64,000 bases of DNA from Nitrosopumilaceae archaeon (GTDB taxonomy: Archaea; Thermoproteota; Nitrososphaeria; Nitrososphaerales; Nitrosopumilaceae): assembly GCA_965208905.1 (NCBI GenBank), contig OZ242365.1, forward strand, positions 832,001 through 896,000, given 5' to 3'. Position 1 is the stretch's first letter, and each line of letters opens with the position of its first letter. This document shows, one piece after another, positions 20,465 to 31,710 of this stretch. A model generated the notes under the pieces. It had not been told where the DNA came from, made no database searches, and saw only the letters and a program-made list of their open reading frames with translations. A program made the position numbers and the translations under genes.

Positions 20465-23400
20465 GTTTTATTATCTGTAGGTGGTATAAGATATGGTTGT
20501 ATGGGATAGCGGGTTGTCTTGTTTGTCTTCATCCATTCGAGTGTATTTACAAAGGCGTCTGCCAGCTCTATGGTGGTCAGGACAGGTATCCCCAGCTCCA
20601 ATGCCTTGCGCCGTATCTGATACTCGTCCTCAAGCATACCGATGTACTTTTCTAGTGTGGATGTACTGGGAATATTGATTATAAAGTCTATCTTCCGGTT
20701 GTATAACATGTCGGCGATATTTGGCTTTCTATTTGGCTCAGATATTTTATGGACTACTTTGATGGCGCCTAGTCTCTCCTCAAAGAACTCTGCAGTATGT
20801 TCGGTGGCCAATATATTAAAGCCCAATTCATGTAGTTTGGCCACACTAGGTAGTAGTTTCTCTTTGTTTCGTATGCCGCCTACAGTTACCAGCGCCGTGC
20901 CATGAGACGGCAAGTTGTAGCCTACCGCCGTCAGCCCCTTGGATAATGCATCATAAAAACTCTGTCCAAAACATGCCGCCTCACCAGTAGAGTGCATCTC
21001 CACACCCAATGTCAAATCGGCACCCTCCAACTGCATAAAAGAGAACTGCGGCACCTTTATGCCAAAGTTGGGTATACCTCTCCAATGATCAATGGGTACT
21101 TTGGGTAGTTTCATACCTAGTATGGACATGGAGGCCAGTGATATCATGTTTATGCCCACCAGTTTTGATACAAACGGCATGGACCGTGATGCGCGTATAT
21201 TCAGCTCTATAACATACACCTCATTATCATGTATTAAGAACTGTAGATTGAACGGCCCCCTTATACGAAATGTACGGGCTATCTTGATGGTGTACTCAGT
21301 TATGGTCTCTATGGTCTTGTTGTTCAATCGCCATGGTGGTATGGACATCATGGCATCGCCAGAGTGAACCCCGGCGCTGTCTATATGTTCTACTATGGCA
21401 CCAATTATAACATCGGTACCATCAGATACGCCATCCACATCCACCTCCAGTGAGTCTAACATGAACTTTGATATCACCACCGGATGGTTTGGCGAGAGGT
21501 TTGTGGCTTTGCGTGTGTAGGTGCGCAGCTCATCATCGGACCAGACCACCTTCATGGCGGCGCCTGAGAGTACATAAGATGGTCTTACCAGTACAGGGAA
21601 TCCCACCTCCCGGGCAAAGGAGCGAGCTTCGGGTAACTGGGAGAATGCTCGCCATTGAGGCTGACGAATGTGTAATTTATCTAAAGCTGCGCTGAACTTT
21701 GAGCGGTCTTCTGCGCGGTCCACATCTGACGCAAGCGTCCCTAGTATGGGAACCCCGCCCAGAGCCAAGGCCGGTGTAAGATTGTTGGCGGTCTGACCTC
21801 CTACACATGTAACTACCCCCCGGGGCTGCTCAAACTCAATTATATCCATTATGCGCTCAAATGTAAGCTCCTCAAAGTATAACCTCTCGCATATATCATA
21901 GTCGGTGGAGACAGTCTCAGGATTGCAGTTTACCACCGAGACGGGCATCTTGCCGTGTTCCCGAATGCCCCAGACCATATTGACCGTTCCCCAGTCAAAC
22001 TCCACACTACTTCCTATTCTGTATGGCCCGGCCCCAATGACCATTATGCCTCTACCATCATCGTTGGGTGTGGCTATATCGTGAGTCTCTCCTCCATATG
22101 TCATGTATAGGTAGTTTGTGGCAGCAGGCCATTCGGCCGCCAACGAGTCTATCTGTTTGAGACTGGGCAGTATGCCCATCTCTTTGCGCATACTGCGTAC
22201 TTGCGCATCTGTCTTCTGCCACGCTCTGCCAATCTGTACATCCGAAAAACCAGCAGCTTTGGCCTCCCGCAATATACTGGTATCTTTTGATGATGCCATG
22301 GATGTCTGAACCTGCACAATATGTCGTATCTTTTCTATAAACCACGGGTCTATGGCTGAAAGTTTTGTTATTCTCCTTGTACTGAATCCTGCCATGATGG
22401 CTGTCACAACATGATACAGTATGCTATCATCAAGATGGACAAGTCTGTCTTCAAGCTCTTCCTCTGTATACTCTTTAGTTGCAAACCTGTTCAGCACCAG
22501 ACCATCCATGCCTATATCCAACATGCGTATGGCCTTTTGAAGGGACTCTTCAAATGTACGCCCAATTCCCATGACCTCCCCGACAGACTTCATGGTGGGG
22601 CCTAATCTACGCTCTACCATGTCAAATTTGGCAAAGTCCCATCTGGGATGTTTACATACTATATAATCCAATGACGGCTCAAAACATGCAGTAGTCTTTT
22701 TGGTTATTGTGTTTGTCAACTCGTGCAGTCCATATCCCAAGCCTATCTTGGCAGACATGTACGCCAACGGGTACCCGGTAGCTTTGCTGGCAAGGGCTGA
22801 TGAGCGAGAAAGTCTGGGATTTACCTCTATGGCCACATACTTTTCAGAGTCTGGACTCAGAGCAAACTGTATGTTACACTCGCCCACTATGCCTATGTGC
22901 TTGGTGGCCCGGAGTCCTGCAGATCTTAGTATGTGATACTCTCGGTTTGTCAATGTCTGTGAGGGTGCAACAACTATGTTGTCGCCTGTATGTACCTTCA
23001 TGGATAGCACATTCTCCATATTGCATACAATGACACCATTGTCTTCTGCATCCCGCATTATCTCATATTCGATCTGCTTCCATGCTCCAATGTACTCCTC
23101 TATCAGAACCTGCCCAACCATACTGGCCTTGAGGCCTCTCTCTACAATCTCGTGCAGGTCCAGTTCGTTATATGCAACACCGCCACCCTTGCCCCCTAGA
23201 GTATATGCTACTCGGACTATTACCGGAAAGCCTAACCTTTGGGCTGTCTTTTTGGCATCCTCAAAGTTGGTTACTGTATCACTTGGCAGTACCGGTACGT
23301 CGCAGTCCACCATGGCATCCTTGAAGAGTTGTCTATCTTCGGTCATCTGTATACCTTCTATCTTGGTACCCAACACTTCAACACCATACTTTTTTAGCGT

Positions 23401-23740
23401 GTCACTTTGAGCCAGACTTACGCCACAGTTTAGCGCAGTCTGTCCACCGTATGAGAGCATTATTGCATCAGGACGCTCTTCTTCAATAACAGATTTGACA
23501 TAGTCTGGCGTAACTGGTAAGAGGTACACCTTATCGGCAAAGCGTGTGTCGGTTTGGATGGTGGCAACGTTGGGGTTTATGAGTATGCTATGAAGCCCAT
23601 CTTCCCTTATGGCTTTGAGGCATTGGCTGCCGGAGTAGTCGAACTGGCGGTCGATTTTGGCGACTTTCGCCGGCTTCTCCGATCTTTATTGCCCCACTAC
23701 CAAGTACCAGTATATTCCTTAATGTCTCACGTCTAGGCAG
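20461..23740 (-). CDS. carB: Carbamoyl-phosphate synthase large subunit, interrupted by a 22-nt putative intron (23644-23665)
   Basis: Exon 1 (23740-23666) PRRETLRNILVLGSGAIKIGEAGE joins FDYSGSQCLKAI in the frame of the 1022-aa ORF; start appears to be CTG overlapping the carA stop. Confidence 0.9.
23644..23665 (-). other. Putative bulge-helix-bulge/loop pre-mRNA intron in carB
   Basis: GGCG-AA^A-GUCG-CCAAAAU-CGAC-CGCC-AG^U; removal restores frame and motif. Confidence 0.75.
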
Positions 23741-24851
23741 GCCGGGGGTCCTCCATCATACTCTGCAACTCCTTGAAGATAAATTCACAATCGTACGGCC
23801 CTGGCGATGCTTCAGGGTGAAACTGCACAGCAATGCATGGCCGAGTCTTGTGTCTTATACCTTCAACGGTACCATCATCGGTATTGGTAAACCATAAATC
23901 AAACTCCGAATCCGCCAAGGATTCGGGACTAATAGCATAGCCATGGTTCTGACTGGTTACGTGAACCTGGCCTGTGGATACATCAAGACATGACTTGTTC
24001 TGACCTCGGTGCCCATACTTTAGTTTGTAGGTCTTTGCATTGCCAGCTAGGCTTATGATTTGTGCCCCCAAACATATTCCCAACATCGGTATGTCCTCAT
24101 CTAGTATTTTACGTGCAGCATGTATGGTGTCTGGACAATGAATTGGGTCTCCGGGCCCATTACTGATAATTACGCCTGCAGGATCGTACGAGAGTATGTC
24201 TGATACTTTTGTATTATATGGAACCTTTACTGCACGATAGCCTAGATTTACAACGTGGCGCAGAATTGCATTCTTCGCACCCGTATCTACAACTACCACG
24301 TTGCGACCTGAACCAAACGTCAAATGTTTCTTGGTAGATACATCATCCACTAGATGTTCTGAGTTATACTGGGGAGCATCTGGCAGTTGCTCTTTTAGTA
24401 TGTCTGTATCTATGGGATGCTCTGAGACCTTTAGGGCGGCCATGCGCACGCCATCTTCGCGTAGGGATTTTGTGAGGTGTCTTGTATCTATTCCAGATAT
24501 GCCTGGTATGTTGTTTTTGTAGAGCCATTCATCTAAAGTCATAGATAGATTCCAATGACTGGCAACTTTGGTTAACTCGTGTATGACAAGACCACGTACC
24601 TGTATACTGTCAGATTCAAAGTTCAATGGTATTCCTGAATCATCAGTCACTGCGGGGTCGGGGACGCCATAATTTCCCACCAAAGGATATGTTATGGATA
24701 AGATTTGGCCTTTGTATGAGGGATCTGTCAGTGTCTCGATATACCCCACCATTCCTGTGTTGAATACGGCCTCACCGAACACCGTCTTTGGGTACCCAAA
24801 ACCCTCTCCCTCAAGAACAACCCCATCATCTAGAACTAATGCTGCAAACAT
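23733..24851 (-). CDS. carA: Carbamoyl-phosphate synthase small subunit
   Basis: FNTGMVGY, SNGPGDP, GICLG, QNHG, QFHPE. Confidence 0.96.
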   Translation of the reverse strand: MFAALVLDDGVVLEGEGFGYPKTVFGEAVFNTGMVGYIETLTDPSYKGQILSITYPLVGNYGVPDPAVTDDSGIPLNFESDSIQVRGLVIHELTKVASHWNLSMTLDEWLYKNNIPGISGIDTRHLTKSLREDGVRMAALKVSEHPIDTDILKEQLPDAPQYNSEHLVDDVSTKKHLTFGSGRNVVVVDTGAKNAILRHVVNLGYRAVKVPYNTKVSDILSYDPAGVIISNGPGDPIHCPDTIHAARKILDEDIPMLGICLGAQIISLAGNAKTYKLKYGHRGQNKSCLDVSTGQVHVTSQNHGYAISPESLADSEFDLWFTNTDDGTVEGIRHKTRPCIAVQFHPEASPGPYDCEFIFKELQSMMEDPRPA

Positions 24852-25416
24852 TCCGGTATGTTTTGACTCTTTGGTTACTATTTTAAACCCTTCATGAAGG
24901 TATTTCAGTCATGATTTAAGTGTAACAGATTATATGATACAACAAAAATTATGCCAGCACTGACTATACACTGTCTAGCATCAGATATTCCAAAATCTCC
25001 CCAGTCTTGAGATGGACAACACTGCCAAGTTGTGCCATTACAGTTAAACTCTGTGTTTTTTGTTGTGCATTGCGATCATTTCACACTACTATACATTATA
25101 CGAACTCAGTATTATCTCTGATACAACTTTACATGGAAATTATATACATTGTTTACAGAACTCTGTATACCTGTTGGCGTGTTCGCCATTCAGTATATGA
25201 GGTTGCTGAGGGTGCCCGTGCCAGCAGCCCGGCCACCAGAGAAGTCGTACGGTTATCAAGATGCATTCTATCTTTCAAGGCCAGCCCGGCCTTGTCGTAC
25301 GACTTGTCGTAAGACTTGTTGTATAGTTTGGCGGCGCCCGTGTATTATATGGGCCCTTGCGCAGGTGCGTATAACTTTCATTTTTTGTTGTTTACCATGC
25401 CATTGCGTGATTAAAT

Positions 25417-25509
25417 TGGTGCTCCAGTCGGGAGTTTCATCTGTGATTTTGAACCCGAGATCTTCGCCTTGAAAGGGCGAAATGCTTGACCGGTCTACAC
25501 CACTGGAGC
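25417..25509 (-). tRNA. tRNA-Glu(TTC) with a 14-nt non-canonical intron in the T-loop and encoded CCA
   Basis: Acceptor GCTCCAG/CTGGAGC; anticodon arm TCGCC-CTTTCAA-GGCGA; T-arm TCGGG-TTCAA[14 nt]..-CCCGA, intron at about 25435-25448. Confidence 0.92.
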
Positions 25510-25688
25510 TTAACATGTGTTTTGTAATGCGAAATTAAACCCTTTGCAGGGACCGCGCCCCCAAAGATATTACTGTAGTCGTTTTTAGTCTGAACCCTGT
25601 ATCTTGTGTGGTACAACGCGATGCGTAGAGCCTGATCAACCAAACAAATTATCTAATCTATATATCTAAAGTCTCTCATCATACATCA

Positions 25689-26261
25689 TTGGCAGATTTT
25701 AATAGTCTAGATGAGGTCGCAGATGCAGTCTCCACATGTACAAAATGCGACTTGTGTCAGAGTCGTACCAACGCAGTACCTGGCATAGGTAACAAAGAAT
25801 CAAAAGTTCTATTTGTGGGAGAGGCTCCTGGCCGAAGCGAGGATCTTAGGGGGCGGCCGTTTGTAGGCAGGGCAGGCCAGATACTTACAGAGGCATTAGA
25901 GAAGGCAGGTGTATCTAGACGTGATGTGTACATCACCAACACTGTAAAATGCAGGCCCCCAAAGAACCGCAACCCTAACAAAACAGAACGAGAGTCTTGT
26001 AAAGACTATCTGGATGCCGAGTTGCGCATACTAAAACCTCATGTAATATGCATACTGGGAAATGTTGCATTAAAGTCACTATTGGGCGATGATAAAATCA
26101 CATCAAAGCGCGGCAATATTATTCAAAAAGATGACATGTTGTACTTTCCCACAATACATCCTGCTGCAGTACTGTATAACCCACAATTGGCCCATACACT
26201 TGAGCAGGATATTAAAAAACTATTTGATATAATACAATTGAATGACGGTGCAGTAAATTGA
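25689..26261 (+). CDS. Uracil-DNA glycosylase, family 4
   Basis: CxxC Fe-S motif, GEAPG, PFVG, KCRPP, HPAA. Confidence 0.93.
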   Translation: MADFNSLDEVADAVSTCTKCDLCQSRTNAVPGIGNKESKVLFVGEAPGRSEDLRGRPFVGRAGQILTEALEKAGVSRRDVYITNTVKCRPPKNRNPNKTERESCKDYLDAELRILKPHVICILGNVALKSLLGDDKITSKRGNIIQKDDMLYFPTIHPAAVLYNPQLAHTLEQDIKKLFDIIQLNDGAVN

Positions 26262-26809
26262 TTCTGCCTCGAAAGTTCTATTGCAATAAAACCAATCTAG
26301 TTGCAACATCACTCTTGGGAAAACGACTAGTTAGAACCATAAACAATGTGAAACTCTCGGGAATAATACAGGAGACCGAAGCGTATGGCCACCACGATGA
26401 TCCCGACAGTCATGCATATAATGGTCGCACCAATAGAAATTCTCCCATGTTTGGAGAGGTAGGTAGAGTCTATGTCTACTTCATATATGGTATGCATTAC
26501 TGCTTTAATGTAGTGTGTAGGGCTCCAGATGTAATGGCAGGTGCCGTGCTTATACGATCCATAAAACCCGAAGATGGAGTATCTCACATGATGGCAAATC
26601 GTAAAAGAGAGACACTCACAAATCTGACTGATGGGCCAGCCAAACTGACACAATCTCTACGTATAACCACAGAACAGAACAATGAAGATTTGACCACATA
26701 TGGTACAATACACATTGAGGATGCCAATATGGCCCCACAAAACATAGTACGTAAATCACGTGTGGGCGTGAAATCCACCATAGATTGGAATTTTAGCTGT
26801 TCGTTTTAG
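26258..26809 (+). CDS. 3-methyladenine DNA glycosylase (MPG family)
   Basis: ETEAY, YVYFIYGMH, AVLIR, GPAKL. Confidence 0.92.
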   Translation: MILPRKFYCNKTNLVATSLLGKRLVRTINNVKLSGIIQETEAYGHHDDPDSHAYNGRTNRNSPMFGEVGRVYVYFIYGMHYCFNVVCRAPDVMAGAVLIRSIKPEDGVSHMMANRKRETLTNLTDGPAKLTQSLRITTEQNNEDLTTYGTIHIEDANMAPQNIVRKSRVGVKSTIDWNFSCSF

Positions 26810-27443
26810 TGTCATCATTATCATCCGAGTCCAGTGTCCATGGCGCAACCCTACCTAAAACCCGTGCCCAATCCATTCGTAGCAGCAATACGACTGCCAG
26901 CGTAGTTCCAACACCAAATATTATGATACCAATGTAGATGTCGGTGACTTTTATGACGTCCCCCAGATATGTCTCCACTATGGATAGTCCTAGGTAGTGT
27001 GAGAGTACGACTATGACATAATGTAAAACCAATTTGCCACAAAGTGTGGATATAAAGAACCGTCTGGGATTATACTTTGCCAAACCCAACGGCACATAGA
27101 CCATATCATCAGGTATGGGAGTGGCTGCGGCAACAAAGACAGCTGCTGCACCATACCGCTTGACCAATCGTTGGAATGGAACTATCCGCTTGCGGGTTTT
27201 TTTGTTCATCATGCGGCGGCCACTATAACTGACATAGAATATTATCTGTTTGGCTGCAGTTGCGGCCAGCGCCGATGTTATGGCTAAAATATGCAGATTG
27301 AACGTCTCCCCCACTGACATCGTAACTAGTAGTATGAAAGAAGGTACGGGGATGAATGGCGCCAGTGACCCAAAAAAACTCAACAGTACCAAACCCAGAT
27401 AACCTAATTCTGAATCAAATGGAAGCAATGCTGCAATATCCAC
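26793..27443 (-). CDS. DedA/VTT (SNARE-associated) membrane protein
   Basis: PFIPVP, AATPIPDD, multiple TM helices. Confidence 0.82.
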   Translation of the reverse strand: MDIAALLPFDSELGYLGLVLLSFFGSLAPFIPVPSFILLVTMSVGETFNLHILAITSALAATAAKQIIFYVSYSGRRMMNKKTRKRIVPFQRLVKRYGAAAVFVAAATPIPDDMVYVPLGLAKYNPRRFFISTLCGKLVLHYVIVVLSHYLGLSIVETYLGDVIKVTDIYIGIIIFGVGTTLAVVLLLRMDWARVLGRVAPWTLDSDDNDDTKTNS

Positions 27444-27503
27444 ATCGAATTTATTGTGGCGTGATATTTAACACACACTAAGTCGAAATCCCCCCACACA
27501 GTC

Positions 27504-27572
27504 GGGCGTGTCACACCAGTCATAAATCCAGCGGAGTCTCCCCCGGTAGCCCTACACCAGTGGAATACGCCA
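27504..27572 (-). mobile_element. 69-bp MITE of TIR-TnpB family C
   Basis: 27504-27560 aligns to the terminus 45423-45478; flanked by CACACAGTC / CACACAATC. Confidence 0.75.
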
Positions 27573-27622
27573 CACACAATCTAAATGGATAAATATAAAA
27601 CAGATAAAATTAAAGGATACTC

Positions 27623-28009
27623 ATGCTAAGTTCCGAGGACTGCGGAAAGATCTGTAGCACCATACGGACATTTAGCCCTGCAGTTCGATTCGTCGGGGTG
27701 CTAGGGGAGCGTGGTGAGCTGTTGGCATATAGTAGACGTAAAGACCTTGAACCTTTACTGGACTCTAAAAGTACACATTATCAGTTCTCCCATATTGCCA
27801 TTAGGACTGGCCTTGATGCTTTCTTTGATAAGAGTCTGGGCAAAGTGCAATTTGTATGGGAGGAGCGAGATGGGGTGCAGATAATCTACTTTACCATAGG
27901 TAGCCTACATATCTGGATGTCGATAGACAAGATGGTGGTTAGATCCGAAGTACTCCGAATAATAGATTCATGTCTACCACTAGTAAAAGAATACTCACTG
28001 AAACTCTAA
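27623..28009 (+). CDS. Thaumarchaeal roadblock/longin-like hypothetical protein
   Basis: VRFVGVLGERGEL...LEPLL...FDKSLG pattern. Confidence 0.7.
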   Translation: MLSSEDCGKICSTIRTFSPAVRFVGVLGERGELLAYSRRKDLEPLLDSKSTHYQFSHIAIRTGLDAFFDKSLGKVQFVWEERDGVQIIYFTIGSLHIWMSIDKMVVRSEVLRIIDSCLPLVKEYSLKL

Positions 28010-28010
28010 A

Positions 28011-28952
28011 CTACTCATACAACCAACATTTTACCATGCCGTTTGCTGTGACCAAGTCTGGTGGATCTCTTTGACACTTATCCATCGCCTCAGAACACCT
28101 ATCAACGAATCTACATGTAGTGGGGGGAGTTAGGAGATTTGGTGGCGTTCCAGATATGTATGATGGCTGCGAGCCGTGCAGACGAGGTACGGACTCTAAC
28201 AGCTTTTTGGTGTACGGATGTTGTGGGTTGTTGTATATATTCTCAGAAGTACCAAACTCTACCAACTGACCACCATACATTATGCCTACCTTGTCGGCTA
28301 TCTCAGATAGTAAAGCCAGATCATGAGTTATGAATAGAAACGACATACCTGTGGACTTTAAGTCCTTTAACATGTTTATGATTCGAGCTTGTATGAGAAC
28401 GTCCAGCGCCGTGGTGGGCTCATCTGCAATGACAAGGCGAGGATTTAGCAGTAACGCCATGGCAACTATTACTCTCTGCTTCATTCCTCCACTCAGTTCG
28501 TGTGGATATCTACCAAGTACTGACTCTTCCAGATTTACTGCTGCAATGGCACCAGAGATGGCATCGTTAGTATTGCCGTCAAACTTGTGATGTTGTAGTA
28601 TCTCGGTGAACTGTTCTTGTATAGTGTATACGGGGTCTAGTGAGCTCATGGCCCCTTGAAACATCATGGATATCTGTTTCCATCTATATTTTTGATCAAA
28701 CTCCGTATCGGATATGTCATTTATATTATGTCCATCAAAGATGACTGAGCCGCCTGTTATACTCCCTCCAGATAGACTGCGTATTATGCCCAAACCCAGT
28801 GTACTCTTGCCACATGCACTCTCGCCCACTATGCCTACGGTCTCACCAGACTCCATCTCAAAGCTGGCATGCTCCACAGCATAGACTGGACCTGCCATCG
28901 AATTATATTGTATAGACAAATCTTGAACGGATAGTAACGCCATGTTACACAC
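28011..28952 (-). CDS. Oligopeptide/dipeptide ABC transporter ATP-binding protein
   Basis: GESACGKST, LSGGMKQR, ADEPTTALD, HPYT. Confidence 0.93.
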   Translation of the reverse strand: MCNMALLSVQDLSIQYNSMAGPVYAVEHASFEMESGETVGIVGESACGKSTLGLGIIRSLSGGSITGGSVIFDGHNINDISDTEFDQKYRWKQISMMFQGAMSSLDPVYTIQEQFTEILQHHKFDGNTNDAISGAIAAVNLEESVLGRYPHELSGGMKQRVIVAMALLLNPRLVIADEPTTALDVLIQARIINMLKDLKSTGMSFLFITHDLALLSEIADKVGIMYGGQLVEFGTSENIYNNPQHPYTKKLLESVPRLHGSQPSYISGTPPNLLTPPTTCRFVDRCSEAMDKCQRDPPDLVTANGMVKCWLYE

Positions 28953-29207
28953 TACACATTATGTTAATTTTTATATTTATTTATTCCATAGCACCCGCGG
29001 CTTGACTCAATAACTTGGATTGCAGGCACGGCTAAACAAGGATCAATTTATGTAATATGTGTATGGTGTCGCGCTTTTTTGCCTCAACTTTGTCAGTTGG
29101 TGGATTTGCCATGACTTACTTTTTGACAAGCTAACTGTGGTGGAGATTTTTAACGGGGTGTTGACATGCGTTTAGGTGCTATATGTCTGTCCCACAAGGA
29201 TCCAGGA

Positions 29208-30263
29208 TCTGTTGTACAAAAATTAGGTTCGACTAAGTTCTGGTTGCAAGCAAAGGAATACTTCACGCTTTATCGATCACGAAAAAAGATGAAAATGACA
29301 AAGTTGACGGATAAACAGATACGATACGCCATAAGGGAACGTGGTAAGGGTAAGACGCTTGTTGACATAGCAGACGATATAGGTGTAACACCACAACATG
29401 TAGGACGACTATGTGCAGAGTTTACAAGAACAGGACAGATACACGTGCAACAAAAGCCAGGCCGGCCAGTCCACCCACCACCGTCGGCAGAGGAGGTCCG
29501 AACCGTGTTGAACAAACATGCAGAGGAAGATGTAGGCATCATACGAACAGCAAGGAGGGTCAGAAAAGACAATCCGAATATAAGCTATGCCACCATATAT
29601 CGCATAATGAAAGAACATGGACTAGTCACATCATCTGTAGCAAAATCCAAAAAAAGAAAATACGTTAGGTATGAGCGCAAATATTCCAATGCCATGTGGC
29701 ATGTTGACTGGCATATAATGAAGGATCAACGCTTTGCAGGGCTCAACCTAGTCACATTTCTAGATGATTCATCAAGGTGTATAACGGGTGCTGCCCTATT
29801 CAAGGAAGCCACCTCAGAAAACGTAGTAGATGTGCTGCGACAAGCAATAGCGAGATTTGGTACACCGGCCACTATCCTCTCAGATAATGGTAGGTGTTTT
29901 AACGGGGGAAGAAGGCATGACGATTCACCTAAGGGCAAATGGAAGCCTACTGCGTTTGAGGCCGAGTTGTTAGACCGTGGAATCGAGATGATAAACTCAC
30001 GACCGTATCATCCGCAGACAAACGGCAAACTGGAACGCTTTCACGGTAGTATAGAGACAGAGATACATCATTATGATAGTCTATCTTCCTATATAGAGTA
30101 CTATAATGAGCGCAGACTTCACTTTTCGTTGGATATTGACAACTACGAGACACCACTACAGGCATTTTCTGTCAGAAAGGCCACAAAAGCGATCAGAGAA
30201 AAGGACCCAAAATGGATGGAGAGAGATACCGATGATTAACGAACATAATTTTCATATAAAACA
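29208..30263 (+). mobile_element. IS481-family insertion sequence, copy 2 (apparently identical to copy 1)
   Basis: Same ends; 15-bp direct repeat CACAAGGATCCAGGA at 29193-29207 and 30264-30278. Confidence 0.92.
29289..30239 (+). CDS. IS481-family DDE transposase
   Basis: Protein identical to 11342-12292. Confidence 0.93.
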   Translation: MKMTKLTDKQIRYAIRERGKGKTLVDIADDIGVTPQHVGRLCAEFTRTGQIHVQQKPGRPVHPPPSAEEVRTVLNKHAEEDVGIIRTARRVRKDNPNISYATIYRIMKEHGLVTSSVAKSKKRKYVRYERKYSNAMWHVDWHIMKDQRFAGLNLVTFLDDSSRCITGAALFKEATSENVVDVLRQAIARFGTPATILSDNGRCFNGGRRHDDSPKGKWKPTAFEAELLDRGIEMINSRPYHPQTNGKLERFHGSIETEIHHYDSLSSYIEYYNERRLHFSLDIDNYETPLQAFSVRKATKAIREKDPKWMERDTDD

Positions 30264-30274
30264 CACAAGGATCC

Positions 30275-31710
30275 AGGACTTATCCCTGTAACTGTAACCT
30301 AAAAACAGCCAGACTTGTAAACCCATCTCATGAGTTAGGTTTTTAAAGTACTATAGTGTATAGAACGGTATATATAGATCACATAGTGTCCGCATAGACC
30401 TGACACGCCCTCAGGCGCGTCACATATCCAAAATACGGAACTCACAGCGGTTCGTGTATAATTGGGCCGTAGAAAAGTTGCTGGTCGACCCCACACTCAC
30501 CGCATACGATCTCCAAAGTGAGTTTACCAAACTTCGCAGATGTACACCGCACCTACAGGAAGTGGAGCGCATATACCAAAATACGGCCATCAAGCAGGCC
30601 CGCACTGCTGCGGATGTCTCAAACAAATACGGCAACGGCAAACTAGGTTTCCGCTCCAGAAAGCGCGACAATACAAAGGCAGTATCATGTGGTGTACAGC
30701 CGCGATTTGTGGACAACAAGCATGCGTCATTGCCGGGCCTTGGTGTTGTTGAGTTGCCTGAGGAGCAGCCATACCAATTTCCACACAACTGGCTGTATGG
30801 CTCAAGGTCTTCCCGTTTGGTATGTGTAACACCAAAGTCGTGGATACATTATACGCCAAGTGACCACATATACAGGCTGCACATAACATATGACGTACCT
30901 ACACCCGAACGGCGCGCCAAAACCGGTGTTGTTGCCGGCATAGATGGGGATAACAAATCCAACGGTTGTCTGTAAGACAGACCACAACACTTCGTGTATA
31001 ATATCGTACGACACGGCAACCGCATTCCGCACGAACCGTACATGGAATGATGATGCGCGTCGCACCATATCACACCGCAACAAGCATTCCCGTACAACAT
31101 ACAAGATGAAACGTAAGCGAGAAAAGTACAATCGTGGTAATGCGAATGACCGCGAGTATGCGGAGTGGCTTCTAGCCAAGAAGATATGCGAGGGCGTGGA
31201 TGTGATATATGTCGAGCAGCTCCACCTTGAGGCCATGAGCAGGCGCGGTGGTAGGCACAAAAAGGGCATGAATCGTGGTATGCGGTTCATTCGGCATTAT
31301 GCAATACTGCGAAAGATACGCATTATCGCAGAGCGGTTGGGCATCCGTGTAGTAGAAGTGAATCCAAAACACACAAGCCAGGAGTGCAGTGTGTGCGGCT
31401 ACACAAACAAGGAGAATCGAAATGGGGAGATGTTCAAGTGTCTCAAATGTGACCACATGGCAAACGCCGACGGCAATGCGTCGGTGAATATAATTCAACG
31501 GGGGACCGGTATGAAGGTTCCCGCGGGGGAAGGAATAGTCCTCGAAAGGCGTGAAATGGGCCGGACCCGGAAGCCACCTGTTTGTGCAGTTCCGGACGCC
31601 AGACGGCGGCGTGAGAATCAAGCGTGCAATCGACCCAAAACATCAAGCGTCATGAAGCACCTGGGAATGTACGCGTATGTTACGTATGTTCAGTAAGGTG
31701 GATAATTCCC
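30275..31710 (+). mobile_element. TIR-bounded TnpB-only element, family B (degraded copy)
   Basis: Ends AGGACTTATCC / GGATAATTCCC; TSD AAGGATCC at 30267-30274 and 31711-31718. Confidence 0.75.
30454..31696 (+). pseudogene. tnpB: Frameshifted TnpB
   Basis: Frameshift near 30945-30950 right at RuvC-I (VAGID); second ORF has YVEQL, CSVC/CLKC, NADGNAS. Confidence 0.85.

Noticed and set aside
20461-23529. carB as a pseudogene or N-terminally truncated gene
   Set aside because: The missing N-terminus is present upstream and a single structured 22-nt insertion explains the break
27489-27510. Similarity to the family A TIR
   Set aside because: Better explained as TSD plus the family C terminus starting at 27504
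29166-29288. N-terminal extension of the second IS481 transposase
   Set aside because: Starts outside the element; chance open frame in the flank
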